Shown: positions 1 to 10,366, numbered from the stretch's first letter. The stretch is DNA of 64,000 bases from Myxococcota bacterium (GCA_040386535.1 JAZKFH010000013.1:288928-352927), one strand, 5' to 3'. Translations and numbers: made by a program. The notes: generated from the sequence alone by a model not told the origin.

Positions 1-928
1 CGCCCGACCCATGCCCCGGTGAACGCGCGTTTTCCAGACTCATGCCCTCCCCAATGCACGTCCTCACCCTCCGTCCCGCCGCCGAGGTTGAAATTGCCGG
101 CGTTGGCTCGTGCGCCGGGATCCCGCCGGCCGCCGAAACTCAACGGAAACGTTCATTCAACCAGCCATGACCTGGAAATCGCGGCGTTGAGGATGGCATG
201 ACCGCTACCCAAGCGCCGCCCGCGCCGCGCTCCAGTCACCTCGCCCGCGCCGCTCACCTCGCCCGCGCCGTGGCGTCGCGCGACCACGTGCCGGGCGCCC
301 ATCAGGGGTGACGCCCGACCCATGCCCCGGTGAACGCGCGTTTTCCAGACTCATGCCCTCCCCAATGCACGTCCTCACCCTCCGTCCCGCCGCCGAGGTT
401 GAAATTGCCGGCGTTGGCTCGTGCGCCGGGATCCCGCCGGCCGCCGAAACTCAACGGAAACGTTCATTCAACCAGCCATGACCTGGAAATCGCGGCGTTG
501 AGGATGGCATGACCGCTACCCAAGCGCCGCCCGCGCCGCGCTCGCCCGCGCCGCCCACCGGTCGCCTCGCCCGCGCCGCGCTCGCCCGCGCCGCTCACCT
601 CGCCCGCGCCGCTCACCTCGCCCGCGCCGTGGCGTCGCGCGACCACGTGCCGGGCGCCCATCAGGGGTGACGCCCGACCCATGCCCCGGTGAACGCGCGT
701 TTTCCAGACTCATGCCCTCCCCAATGCACGTCCTCACCCTCCGTCCCGCCGCCGAGGTTGAAATTGCCGGCGTTGGCTCGTGCGCCGGGATCCCGCCGGC
801 CGCCGAAACTCAACGGAAACGTTCATTCAACCAGCCATGACCTGGAAATCGCGGCGTTGAGGATGGCATGACCGCTACCCAAGCGCCGCCCGCGCCGCGC
901 TCCAGTCACCTCGCCCGCGCCGCTCACC
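1..928. repeat. Tandem array of three identical 191-bp imperfect-palindrome units (10-200, 321-511, 680-870) with linkers built from a variable number of TCGCCCGCGCCG sub-repeats
   Basis: Cores read identical, with periods of 311 and 359 bp. Arms 10-44 and 166-200 are imperfect inverted repeats. The array may continue upstream of position 1. Confidence 0.95.
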
Positions 929-1156
929 GCGCCGCGCACCGGTCCCCTCGGCCGCTACCCGAGCGCCGCCCCCGCCGCTCTCCGGTCACCCTACCGCCCG
1001 AAACCACCCCCGGCCCAGCGGGCCTGGAGGGGCGCCGCCGCGGCGCGTCGGCGGCTCCGCGCCGACCAAGCGCTTTGCGCGCGCCCGGAAGGCACGCGGC
1101 GGCGCGCCTCGCGCCGCGGGCCCCACACGCCGCCGACTCGGCCGACCCCGCCGACC

Positions 1157-1594
1157 CTACCGGAACGTCGCCCGATACCCCGGCCACGCGTCCCACAAGT
1201 AGATCCCGAACGGCACCCACCACACGAGATCGTTGGTCAGGCACAGGACCACCGCCTTGGGGGGCCACACGCTGGTGGCGATCAGCTGGGCCATGCCGAT
1301 GGGGCCGAGGACCTTCCCGAGCAGGCCGATGGCGGCGAGCGCGAAGCCGTGGGCGGGCCGGCGGGCAACCTCGAGGTAGGCCAGACCGTACAGGCCGATC
1401 ACCATGCCGAGGCACGCGAAGATCTGCGGGTGGCGCTGCGGCTCCATGCCGGCAAAGCGGAACAACCAGTCGGGATCGGCGGCCGCGTACAGCCCCCACG
1501 CGATGTTGTAGACGCCGGCGAGTACAAATGTGACACGATGCAGCTGGGCGCGGGCGATCCCGGTGGGAGCGGCCGTCGGGGTCAACGCTTCCAT
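1157..1594 (-). CDS. Small integral membrane protein (AGVYN...GLLGKVLGPIG...TNDLVWW type)
   Basis: ATG at 1594 with GAGGAG upstream; about 4 hydrophobic segments; last gene of a coupled three-gene unit. Confidence 0.8.
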   Translation of the reverse strand: MEALTPTAAPTGIARAQLHRVTFVLAGVYNIAWGLYAAADPDWLFRFAGMEPQRHPQIFACLGMVIGLYGLAYLEVARRPAHGFALAAIGLLGKVLGPIGMAQLIATSVWPPKAVVLCLTNDLVWWVPFGIYLWDAWPGYRATFR

Positions 1595-2154
1595 CGGGAC
1601 TCCTCGATCTTCCAGGGGAACACAGCCCTGCGCACGCCGAGGGCGCACGCGAGGTCCCGCACGCCCGACACGAACACGCCGCCGGCCATCGCCACCATCA
1701 GCCATGAGAGGGCAGGGGACAGCGGCCCCGAGGACAGCGGCCCATAGGCCACGAGCGCGGTGGGGAGCGCGACCCAGCGGGCGAGCTCGGGGAGCAGGTT
1801 GGCGAGGATGGCGCCGTACAGGATCGCCATGATCGTGTGCATCACGCGCTCGCCGGCGTACACGCCGCCCAGGGGCGCGCGCACGCGGTCCTCGATGACG
1901 AAGTCCGCGAGGGTGATGACGATCTCCGCGGCCAGCACGAGGCCGAGCCCCACCGCGAACGCACCGTGGAACACGACGAACGGCAGCGCGGCGAACAACA
2001 ACGTGTAGAGAAAATCCCGCGCGGCGTGCAGCAGGAGCTCGGGCCGGGTCTGGAGGCCGCCGCCCACGAGGCGGGCGCGGTACTCGTGGTAGTACAGGGT
2101 GTCGAGCGCGCCCAGCACCCCCTGCACCAGCAGCAGCGTCAGGGCGGTGGTCAT
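1582..2154 (-). CDS. His-containing membrane protein (GALDTLYYHE...ELLLH...ERVMH)
   Basis: ATGA overlap with the upstream stop at 2151-2154; several TM helices with His motifs. Confidence 0.8.
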   Translation of the reverse strand: MTTALTLLLVQGVLGALDTLYYHEYRARLVGGGLQTRPELLLHAARDFLYTLLFAALPFVVFHGAFAVGLGLVLAAEIVITLADFVIEDRVRAPLGGVYAGERVMHTIMAILYGAILANLLPELARWVALPTALVAYGPLSSGPLSPALSWLMVAMAGGVFVSGVRDLACALGVRRAVFPWKIEESRWKR

Positions 2155-2717
2155 GACGCCTCTACGGGGACGGTGAACACGCCGTCGTAGGAGACCAGCA
2201 GCCCCGCGAGTGGGTGCGCGATCGCGACGGTGACATGGGCGCTGTCGCCGCCCTCCCCCGCGCACCGGCCCGTGATGCTGGGCCCGAGCGCGGCCGGAAG
2301 GGGGATCCACCAACCAGGCCGCCCGAGCCGCGACGGGGCCTGTTGGAACACCAGTGCGCCGCCCTCGGCGACGAGCGCGAACGTGAGGGCGAAGGGGCCG
2401 ACGAACTCGAGCAGGGCGCCGTCGTGGGCCGCCTGGTCCGTCACCAGCGGGACGCCGGCGAAGCGCCGGGTCCAGCGTTGGCCGCGGGAGCGCGGGGTGA
2501 CGTGGAGCTCGGCCGGGATGCCCTCGCCGGCGGCGGGGAGGCGGAGGACGAAGCCGAGGAGCCGGGCGAGGAGCGAGGCGCCGCGCCGCACGGTCACCAC
2601 GCCCCGGGCGGGGGCCGTTGCCGTGAGGGAGTGGAGCACCCGCACGGCCGCCGGGAGGCCGGCCCAGCCCGCGCCGACCAGGGACGGGTAGAGGTCGGAG
2701 TCCGAGGCGGTGGACAT
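2151..2717 (-). CDS. DUF4166-like protein
   Basis: LYPSLVG..W..LP.AV..LH N-terminus, WTRRF, and HPLAGLLVSYDG C-terminus are typical of the family. Confidence 0.75.
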   Translation of the reverse strand: MSTASDSDLYPSLVGAGWAGLPAAVRVLHSLTATAPARGVVTVRRGASLLARLLGFVLRLPAAGEGIPAELHVTPRSRGQRWTRRFAGVPLVTDQAAHDGALLEFVGPFALTFALVAEGGALVFQQAPSRLGRPGWWIPLPAALGPSITGRCAGEGGDSAHVTVAIAHPLAGLLVSYDGVFTVPVEAS

Positions 2718-2941
2718 CGGGCGCTGCTATCCCGCGTCGCGTGGCGACGACGCCGATCGGGAATACGAATTGCCTCCCGCCCCGCCACCCACGAGCTCGT
2801 GCTCGGAAACGGCACGGCGTTCCACCGGAAACGCCGCTCCCACCACGCTCCCCGAGCCGCCGGCGGACCCCTCCGCGTGAACATGGGTCATAGCGCGAGG
2901 AGTCACAACCGGATAGCCCCCGTCACCTTTCCGGAGCACGC

Positions 2942-3733
2942 ATGGGCAACTTCGACGTGATGTGCGCCGAGTCGCGGATTCCCCTCACTGGGGAGGTTCG
3001 TCTCCTCCTCATCGCTGAATCCGCAGCTGGCGCCACCGAACCTCCCGCCGACCTGGCGCCGTCCGCCCCAGGGGTGCGCGGCTGGCGCGCACCGGGCGAG
3101 TTCTTTCCGATCGCGGTGCCGCTCACCGGCCGCTACGATCGCGAGGGCGGCATCGTCCTCCCCGATCCGCTCCCCTCGCACGGGCTCCTCATCCAGAGCC
3201 TGTTCCGCACCATCAAGTTCGACCAGAAGCCCAAGAGCCGGAAGCTGGGGGACGTGATCCCCGCCCTCCGCCAGGGTTTGTCCGAGGACAACTGGGCGCG
3301 CTCGAACGGGCGCCGGATCTCCTACGTCCTGTTCGACGCCAAGGTGTACGACGCCATGGCCCGCACGGTCGAGAAGGGCGGCCGCGCCGATTGGGACGCG
3401 ACCAAGAAGTGGTACGGGCGCAGCACCACGACCCTGCTGAGCCAGGCCTTCCCCATCCCCGACCTGCGCACCACGCTGTTCGGCAAGCTCGAGGCCGAGC
3501 AGCTCGAGAAGCTCCGCTTCGACATCGTGTCGGTGCTCAAGCTCAAGTCGTTCGGCTTCCGCCCCACGCCCATCGACATCGAGGGCGCGCAGACCTACAC
3601 CGGCCTCACCGGGCCCACGGGCGTCGAGTCCCACATCGCCGCCGCGCGCGAGCGGTACGCCGCCCAGCCGCTCCTCCTCGCCGCGGTCGACGCCGCCGAG
3701 GCCCGCTGGAAGGCCGTCGAGAGCGCCTCCTAA
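2942..3733 (+). CDS. Hypothetical cytoplasmic protein
   Basis: GGAG before the ATG, strong GC3 bias, natural composition. Confidence 0.8.
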   Translation: MGNFDVMCAESRIPLTGEVRLLLIAESAAGATEPPADLAPSAPGVRGWRAPGEFFPIAVPLTGRYDREGGIVLPDPLPSHGLLIQSLFRTIKFDQKPKSRKLGDVIPALRQGLSEDNWARSNGRRISYVLFDAKVYDAMARTVEKGGRADWDATKKWYGRSTTTLLSQAFPIPDLRTTLFGKLEAEQLEKLRFDIVSVLKLKSFGFRPTPIDIEGAQTYTGLTGPTGVESHIAAARERYAAQPLLLAAVDAAEARWKAVESAS

Positions 3734-3766
3734 GGCGGTTTCCTTCGCGGAGTCTCCGGCGCGGCA

Positions 3767-6187
3767 TCAACGGTTGGTGTAGCGCCGGAAGCTCTCCGAA
3801 GTCCATGACGCCTCGTTCGCCGCCATCCGCGCGGCGAGCGTGCCGTCGTGCGCGAGCCCCGGCGCGAACGCCCGCCAGCTCCCGGGCGCGAACAACGTGG
3901 CGGGCAGCTCCGTCGTGAGCACGTGCGACACCTGGCTGCTCTCCGACACGGGGCGATCGTCCGTGAGCGGCGCGACGCCCGCGGTGGCCGCCGCGAGCGT
4001 GGCGCCCGGCGCGGCGAACGTGGCGGCGAGGTCGGCCACGTCGGTGATGCCGATGCGGGCGAGGTCCGCGGCGACCGCGGGGTTGGCGGCGAGGCGCGCC
4101 TCGATGCGGGCGACGTCCAGCGTCGGCACGCCGCCCTTGACCCCGGCGAGCAGGAGCTCGCGCCCGTCGCCGACCAGGAGCACGGCGTCGGGGAACACGT
4201 CGACGAAGGCGCGGACCAGCGCCAACGCGGTGGGGCCCGACACCTGGTAGGCGGGGAGCCACTGGGTGAGCCAGCCGCCCTCGGCGAGGCGCTCCTTCGC
4301 GAGCGTGTAGAACTCGCGGCTGTAGAGCGCCGCCACGCCCGCGTGCGCGATGGGGGGCGGCTCCAGCGTCACGAGGTCGAACGAGCCCGGCGGGAGCGTG
4401 CGGAGCACGTGGCGGCCGTCGTCGACGTGCACGCGGAGCCGCGGGTCGGCGAGCACGTTGCCGTTCGCGTGGGCGAACCACGGGGCGTGATCGAGCACGT
4501 CGGCGCTCGAGTCGGCCAGCACGAGCGCCTCGACCTCGGGGTGCAGCGACGCGGCGTGCAGCGTGTTGCCGACGCCGAAGCAGATCACCATCACCCGGCG
4601 CGGCGCCTCCTCGGCGAGCAGGGGCAGGTGCGCCATCAGCCGCATGTAGCGCTGGGCGCGGTCCGAGGTGCTCGACATCGGGTGGCCGTTGGTCCACAGG
4701 CGCGCTGGGCCCTCGACGGCGCCGGTGACCACGATCGTCTCGTTCAGGCCCTCCCGCACGGCCAGCACGCCCTCCTCGCGCGCGCGGCCGTGGGGGAACG
4801 AGCCCCACAGGAGCGTGTCGCCGGGGAGCATGGCGAAGGCCAGGACCGCGACGAGGCCGGCGCCGGAGACGGCGAGGGTGGGGACGGCCGCCCGCGAAGG
4901 GCGCACCAGCACCAGCGGCGCCAGCGCGGCAAGCGCGCCGAGCCCCAGCGTCGTGCCCTGCATCCCCAGCGCCGGCAGCAGCCACAGCCCCGTGATCAGC
5001 GCCCCGCCTGCGTTCCCGAGGGTCGTGGCGAGCCAGATGCGGCCCACCGCGCGCCCCACGTGGTCCCCGTGGCGCTGCGTGAGCGCGTTCGCGAGCGGGA
5101 AGCCCACGCCCATCCCGATCGCGGCGGGGAGCGCCACGGCGGCCACGGTCGTGACGTTGAGCGCGTGCTGCGCAAGGACCCCCGCCATGCCGTCCGCCGC
5201 CGGCAGCGCGAGCTGGCGCACCAGGAGCGCGCGCGGGTCGTGGAGGACCATCCCCAGCAGCGTCAGGAGGGCGACGGAGGCCTGCGCCGCGGCGAAGAGC
5301 GGCACCGCCGCGAACCGTCGCGACAGCGCCCCGCCCACCAGCGATCCGGTCAGCCAGCCCGTGAGCACCACCCCGAGGAGCACGGAGAACACGGCGCGGT
5401 AGGGGCCGAGCGCCGAGCCGAGGAAGCGGAACCACACCACCTCGATGCCCATCGCCGCGAAGCCGGCGAGCCCGACGGCGAGGGCCACGCGGGGGGCGGG
5501 GAGCGCGGGGGCGGTGGGGATCGGCAAAGCTGCGGGGGAGGGGACGGCCCCCACGCCCACCCGAGGCACCCGCAACGCCAGCGCCCCCGCCCCCGCCAAC
5601 ACACCGAGCGCCGCCGCGAGCCCGCTCGTGCCGCGGACGCCGAGCGTCGGCACCATCCAGAGGTCGGTCGCCAGGGCCCCGAGCGCGGCGCCGCCGGTGT
5701 TCGCCGCGGCCAGGAGGCCGAGCCGCCAACCGGCGAGATCGAGCCGGTCGCCCACGGCCGGCCGCGCGAGGAGCGGCAGGCTGGCGCCCATCAGGAGCGT
5801 CGGCGGGCCGAGGAGCAGCAGCGAGAGGCCGATCTGGAGCACGCGCGCGCCGCCCGAGGGGACGAGCCACCCGTGCGTGTCCACCGTGGTGCCGCCCGAG
5901 CCGGACGCCGCGAGCAGCGTGAGCGCCGGCACGAGCGCGAGCCCCCACGCCGCGACGCCCATCTCGCACAGCGCGTAGGCCCGGGCCGCGCGGTCCGTGC
6001 GATCCGCCCACCGCCCGCCGATCCGCGCGCCCACGCCGAGCCCCACGAGGAACACCGCGGTCACGATGGAGACCGCGTGCACCGTGCTGCCGAAGGCGAG
6101 CCCGAGCTGCCGCACCCACACCACCTGCCAGACGAGCGCGGCGCAGCCGGACACGGCGAAGCAGAGGTGAAGGAGGGGGCGGTTCAT
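3767..6187 (-). CDS. Fused multi-TM / spermidine synthase-like SAM-dependent protein
   Basis: SGCAALVWQVVWVRQL TM region followed by ICFGVGNT, DDGRH, FDLVTLEPP and LYSREFY motifs; start placed at MNRPLL. Confidence 0.85.
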   Translation of the reverse strand: MNRPLLHLCFAVSGCAALVWQVVWVRQLGLAFGSTVHAVSIVTAVFLVGLGVGARIGGRWADRTDRAARAYALCEMGVAAWGLALVPALTLLAASGSGGTTVDTHGWLVPSGGARVLQIGLSLLLLGPPTLLMGASLPLLARPAVGDRLDLAGWRLGLLAAANTGGAALGALATDLWMVPTLGVRGTSGLAAALGVLAGAGALALRVPRVGVGAVPSPAALPIPTAPALPAPRVALAVGLAGFAAMGIEVVWFRFLGSALGPYRAVFSVLLGVVLTGWLTGSLVGGALSRRFAAVPLFAAAQASVALLTLLGMVLHDPRALLVRQLALPAADGMAGVLAQHALNVTTVAAVALPAAIGMGVGFPLANALTQRHGDHVGRAVGRIWLATTLGNAGGALITGLWLLPALGMQGTTLGLGALAALAPLVLVRPSRAAVPTLAVSGAGLVAVLAFAMLPGDTLLWGSFPHGRAREEGVLAVREGLNETIVVTGAVEGPARLWTNGHPMSSTSDRAQRYMRLMAHLPLLAEEAPRRVMVICFGVGNTLHAASLHPEVEALVLADSSADVLDHAPWFAHANGNVLADPRLRVHVDDGRHVLRTLPPGSFDLVTLEPPPIAHAGVAALYSREFYTLAKERLAEGGWLTQWLPAYQVSGPTALALVRAFVDVFPDAVLLVGDGRELLLAGVKGGVPTLDVARIEARLAANPAVAADLARIGITDVADLAATFAAPGATLAAATAGVAPLTDDRPVSESSQVSHVLTTELPATLFAPGSWRAFAPGLAHDGTLAARMAANEASWTSESFRRYTNR

Positions 6188-6272
6188 CCGGCGCGGGGTG
6201 CGCCTAACCGCTCTTGCAGCGCGTTCTCCAGAACGCGCTGCCAATAGACAGGCTGAGCGTTCGCCAGCCTGG

Positions 6273-6935
6273 CTACCCGATCCGCTCGCGCAGCCACTGC
6301 CCGATGTCGGCCACCTCGGCGGGGCACACCTCGTGGGACATCGCGTAGTCCTTCCACCGCACGTCCCGCCCGCCCGTGGCGAACGTCTCGAACGCGGCGC
6401 GGCCCGCGGCATGGGGCACCACGTCGTCGAATCGGCCGTGGAGGAACAGCATGGGGGTGTCGGCGTTGGCCGCGTGGCCCTCACCCAGCGCGTTCGGACG
6501 GACCAGGTAGCCCGACAGGCACAGGATCCCGGCGAGGCGCTCGGCGTGCCGGTGCGCCACGTGCAGCGCCATCGCGGCCCCCTGGCTGAAGCCGGCGACC
6601 ACGATGCGCGAGGCGGGCACGCCCCGGGTGATCTCGCGCGCGATGAGCGCCTCGATCTGCTCGGTCGAGGTCCGGATCTGCGCCTCGTCCTCGCGCCCCT
6701 CACGCACGAAATCGAGGTGCTTGATGTCGTACCAGGAGGGCATGACGAACCCGCCGTTGATCGTCACCGGGCGCTCGGGCGCGTGCGGAAAGACGTAGCG
6801 GACGTGCGGGAGCCCGAGGTGCGGCACGATGGGCTCGAAGTCGTGCCCAGAGGCCCCGAGGCCGTGCATCCACACCACGCTCGCGGTGGCCGGCGCGTGC
6901 GGCGCGATCTCGACACAAGGCAGCAGGTGGGTCAT
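6273..6935 (-). CDS. Phospholipase/carboxylesterase (alpha/beta hydrolase)
   Basis: WMHGLGA, FPHAP, GFSQG, HGRFDDVV, M-S-H catalytic motifs. Confidence 0.92.
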   Translation of the reverse strand: MTHLLPCVEIAPHAPATASVVWMHGLGASGHDFEPIVPHLGLPHVRYVFPHAPERPVTINGGFVMPSWYDIKHLDFVREGREDEAQIRTSTEQIEALIAREITRGVPASRIVVAGFSQGAAMALHVAHRHAERLAGILCLSGYLVRPNALGEGHAANADTPMLFLHGRFDDVVPHAAGRAAFETFATGGRDVRWKDYAMSHEVCPAEVADIGQWLRERIG

Positions 6936-8806
6936 TCGCCCACCCCGCCGAAGTCACACGAGCCGTTCTCCACACAGGACGCGGGGATCTCGATGCGCGG
7001 CGTGCCCTCGAGCACCGACTGGAGGAAGTCCGCGATCTGCTCCCGTGCGGCGATGCCGGCGGGGTAGTCGGTGTCGCCGAACCCGTGGATGTCGTACTCG
7101 TCGGTGGCCGCCGTGCGGTATTGCGTCAGTCCGGTCGCGCCCTCCACCACGTCCCCCGTCGGCATGCCGCCGGTCAACTCGTCGATCGGGGGGCCCACCA
7201 ACGTCGCGCCCATGGCCCGTGCGAGCAGCACCGTCCCACGATTGGGGACCACCGTGTCCCCGATGCTCTCCTGCAGCAGGAACACGCTGTCCCCGTACTC
7301 CCAGGCGGCGCCGTCCACGTCGTCCCACGCGTTCTGGCCCATCGCGATGGCGAGGCGCGCGTCGAGCGTCTCGGGGTACCACGCGGTCAGGATCTGCTCC
7401 ACGAGCAGCCGGTAGAGCGACGCGTCGGGGATGATGTGTGACCACGCGCCCGCGGGCACGTTGAGCACGCCGTACCGGATCTCGGGGAACGCCGCGACCA
7501 TGATGGCGCCGTTGGTGCCGCCGAGGGAGCCGCCCACCCAGAGCGGCTCGTCCATCCGCGGGCGGCGGCCGGCGGCCGGGTTGGGGACGGCCACGCCGTC
7601 GACCGTGAAGGTGTCGGCCGCGAGCACGTCGCCGAGGGGGCCACCGAGCGCGAGGAGCAGCTGGTGGGCGTCGGAGTAGGTCTGCAACAGCGCGCTGGTC
7701 GAGCGCGCCGACCCGTCGATGAAGTGGGTCATGTAGGTGATCATCGTGATGAGATCGTCGCCGTTCCAGCCCAGGAACTCGATGCCCACCTTGGCGAGGC
7801 CGCGCGCCGCCAGATCGCGGTCGAAGTTGTCGTCGCCCCCGTTGCCGCCGGTGCCGTGCCCGTACATGGCGACGCGGTAGTCGTCCGTGCCCGCGGGCAC
7901 CACGATGCGGAACGGCGCCGAGCGTGTCCCGGTCACGACGGGGAGCATGTCCGCGTCGAGGGTGAGCGTGTCCGCGTGGTCGCTGCGGAAGTCGGGCACG
8001 CCGTCGAGGGTGCCGCTGACCACCACGAGCGCGTCGTTGTCCTGGTAGGCGGTCACCGACTCGACCGTCACGGTGGGCTCGGCGGTCACGGCCAACATGG
8101 CGCGGAGCCGTTTGCCCGGGTCGTCGGCGGAGCGGGTGGGGAAGTCCCAGGCGCGCACCACGGCGCCGGGATCGATCCCTGCGTCGGCGAGCAGGCGCCG
8201 GGTGGGCGCGTGGTAGGCCGCCAACGCCGCCTCTCCCTCCGACTCCGGCGTGGCGGTGCCGGCGACCAGCCCGGCGTTGTGATCGCCCACGGGCGCGGTG
8301 CCGTCGGCGTAGCGGAGCGTGTCGTCCACGACGACGACCAGGTCGGCGTTCGCGGGGAGGACCTCGAGCGGGTAGCCGAGGACCAGCTGCTCGCCGTTCT
8401 CGTCCCCCGCGAGCTCGATACGCATCGGGATCTCGCGGGCCTGCGCGCCGCCGTCTGCGTACGCGACGTACAGGTGCACGGCGCTCTCGGCGCTCGCCTG
8501 GTCCAGCGGCTTCGGCCACGCGGTGGCGATGGGGGAGACGCGCGAGAACCCGTCGGCGACGTTGACCCACGTGGGATCGTCGTCGGTGGGCAGCGCGGCG
8601 GGATCGACGGCCACGCGCACGCCGGTGACGGTGCTCGCGTCGAGCGTCGTGAACGCGCTGGACGGGAAGGGGAGCAGGCACCGCTCGGGATCGAGCTCTC
8701 CACACGTCGACGTGAGCGGGGCGCGGACGCCCTCGGCGCGCGGCGCAACGTCGAAGGTGGCGGGGCCGGTGCAACCGAGGAGGGCGAGGGTGTGGAGCAG
8801 GGACAT
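6932..8806 (-). CDS. Lipoprotein, secreted lipase-like alpha/beta hydrolase
   Basis: LLGC lipobox; CLLPFPS and DGFS N-terminal motifs; YGHG; GGSLGG nucleophile elbow; DTVVPN. Confidence 0.8.
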   Translation of the reverse strand: MSLLHTLALLGCTGPATFDVAPRAEGVRAPLTSTCGELDPERCLLPFPSSAFTTLDASTVTGVRVAVDPAALPTDDDPTWVNVADGFSRVSPIATAWPKPLDQASAESAVHLYVAYADGGAQAREIPMRIELAGDENGEQLVLGYPLEVLPANADLVVVVDDTLRYADGTAPVGDHNAGLVAGTATPESEGEAALAAYHAPTRRLLADAGIDPGAVVRAWDFPTRSADDPGKRLRAMLAVTAEPTVTVESVTAYQDNDALVVVSGTLDGVPDFRSDHADTLTLDADMLPVVTGTRSAPFRIVVPAGTDDYRVAMYGHGTGGNGGDDNFDRDLAARGLAKVGIEFLGWNGDDLITMITYMTHFIDGSARSTSALLQTYSDAHQLLLALGGPLGDVLAADTFTVDGVAVPNPAAGRRPRMDEPLWVGGSLGGTNGAIMVAAFPEIRYGVLNVPAGAWSHIIPDASLYRLLVEQILTAWYPETLDARLAIAMGQNAWDDVDGAAWEYGDSVFLLQESIGDTVVPNRGTVLLARAMGATLVGPPIDELTGGMPTGDVVEGATGLTQYRTAATDEYDIHGFGDTDYPAGIAAREQIADFLQSVLEGTPRIEIPASCVENGSCDFGGVGE

Positions 8807-8825
8807 GCGCGCGCAGTGTAGCGCC

Positions 8826-10334
8826 TCAGTCGCGCCTCGCCTCCCACTCCCCGTGGAACCCGTACGGCAGCAACGGCATGTGCACGCGGGCGACCGGCCC
8901 GGCCTCGATGCGGTCGCTCTCCAACACGACGAGCGTCGAGGTCTCCCCCAGCCCGTCGTACACCACGACCAGCACCCAGCCTTCGTCCGGGGCGCCCCCC
9001 GGCTTGGGCGCGAACACGGGCTCGCCGACGAAGTGGTCGGCCGGGGCCCGCCACAACGCCGTGGTTCCGCGTCCGCGCGCGCCCAGCTCGATGCGCGCCA
9101 CGCTGTCGAAGGGGTCGGAGCGCCCGGGCTCCTGGCGCGCCGCGACGTATACCGCCGGGGCGTCGTGCCCCTCGTGCCGGGCCGCCACGCGCGGAAAGTC
9201 GCACCCGAGCGTGGTGAGGTCGGCCCACGTCGCGGTGTCGGCCCCGGCGGTGATGTGCACGCGCCCGAGGCGCTGGGGCGCGCGCTGCTCGGGCAGGGCA
9301 GGGTCGAGCGGGGCGTGCTGGCCCTGGTAGCCGAACTCCTGGCCGAAGGAGAACGCCCCGAAGGCGCACAGATCGACCACCACGTCGTCGCCCGCGTCAA
9401 AGGCGTTGGCGAGGTGGATCGCGAACACGGGGCGGTCGAGCGTGATCGTGCGCACGCCGCCCTCGCGCCCGCGCGGGATGAGGTGGAGCGTCCCCGCCGC
9501 CGCGTTGTCGGGCTTCACCGCCTGGAGCAGCGTGCCAGCGCCCAGCTTGGCGGCGAGGAACGCGGGGAAGTCGATGGTGAGCGGGTTTCCGGCGAGGATG
9601 TACCAACGCGGCGTCATCACGAAGTCGTGCGCGAGCAGCACCGAGGGCACCGTGACCGCCTTCGTGGCGACGCTCCGCCCGGCCGCGTCGAACTCGCGGA
9701 AGGTGAGCGACGTGTGCCGGCCCATGCCGAGCGAGAGCCCCACGATGCGCCGCGCCACGGGATCGACCCGCATGTGCGCGAGCAGCGCGCCGGGCGGCAG
9801 GTCGCCGCCGAAGTCGGCCTCGCCCAACGTGTCGAGCGTGACCGGATCGAGCGCGTGCGGCCGGCCGCCCTCCCAGCCGCACAACAGCTTGCCCGCCCAC
9901 GGCACCACGGTCGTGTTTGCGACGTTGCGCGGCCCCGGCGCCCGCATGTTCCGCCACCAGCTCCCCGACGGGTTCGTCGCGAGCCCACGGTGCACGAGCT
10001 TCCCGGCGCGCGCCTCGGCGACGTAAGCGGGTGTACGCACGAACCGCGCACGGAGCGCCGCGCCACCGTCCTCTGCGAACCGGACCGCGCGCAGGTACCC
10101 GTGCCCGTCGAACGGGTGGACCAGCCGCCCGCCGATCTCCATCCAGCCCGGCCCGTTCAAGAGGTAGCGACCGCCCCGGAGCGCGGCGGGGATCGTGCCT
10201 TCCACGACGAGGGCGGGCAGGTCGAGATCGCCGGGGCAGGCCGCGAGGGCGGCGTTCCAGGCGCGCTGGCGGGGCGGGAGCGCCCGGCTGGTCGCGGAGG
10301 GGGTCTTCATGGAGGGGCTTGAGACGCTGGACAT
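8826..10334 (-). CDS. Carotenoid cleavage oxygenase (RPE65 family)
   Basis: HPFDGHG, RNVANT, four Fe-ligand His (LAH, AHDF, IHLAN, GFHG), GEPVF. Confidence 0.92.
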   Translation of the reverse strand: MSSVSSPSMKTPSATSRALPPRQRAWNAALAACPGDLDLPALVVEGTIPAALRGGRYLLNGPGWMEIGGRLVHPFDGHGYLRAVRFAEDGGAALRARFVRTPAYVAEARAGKLVHRGLATNPSGSWWRNMRAPGPRNVANTTVVPWAGKLLCGWEGGRPHALDPVTLDTLGEADFGGDLPPGALLAHMRVDPVARRIVGLSLGMGRHTSLTFREFDAAGRSVATKAVTVPSVLLAHDFVMTPRWYILAGNPLTIDFPAFLAAKLGAGTLLQAVKPDNAAAGTLHLIPRGREGGVRTITLDRPVFAIHLANAFDAGDDVVVDLCAFGAFSFGQEFGYQGQHAPLDPALPEQRAPQRLGRVHITAGADTATWADLTTLGCDFPRVAARHEGHDAPAVYVAARQEPGRSDPFDSVARIELGARGRGTTALWRAPADHFVGEPVFAPKPGGAPDEGWVLVVVYDGLGETSTLVVLESDRIEAGPVARVHMPLLPYGFHGEWEARRD

Positions 10335-10366
10335 GGTGCTTATGTAGCGCGGCCATTGGAGGTTCG

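Noticed and set aside
10..870. attC / integron cassette array (AAC...GTT within the arms)
   Set aside because: R boxes do not fit RYYYAAC/GTTRRRY, the would-be spacer is paired, the linkers carry no cassette ORFs, and no integrase is seen.
19..871. Three identical 60-aa ORFs (MNARFPDSC...)
   Set aside because: They coincide with the palindromic repeat core, have no RBS and poor GC3, so they are probably a by-product of the repeat.
2727..2939. Small minus-strand ORF upstream of the DUF4166-like gene
   Set aside because: No motif, and it occupies a divergent promoter region; cannot be supported.
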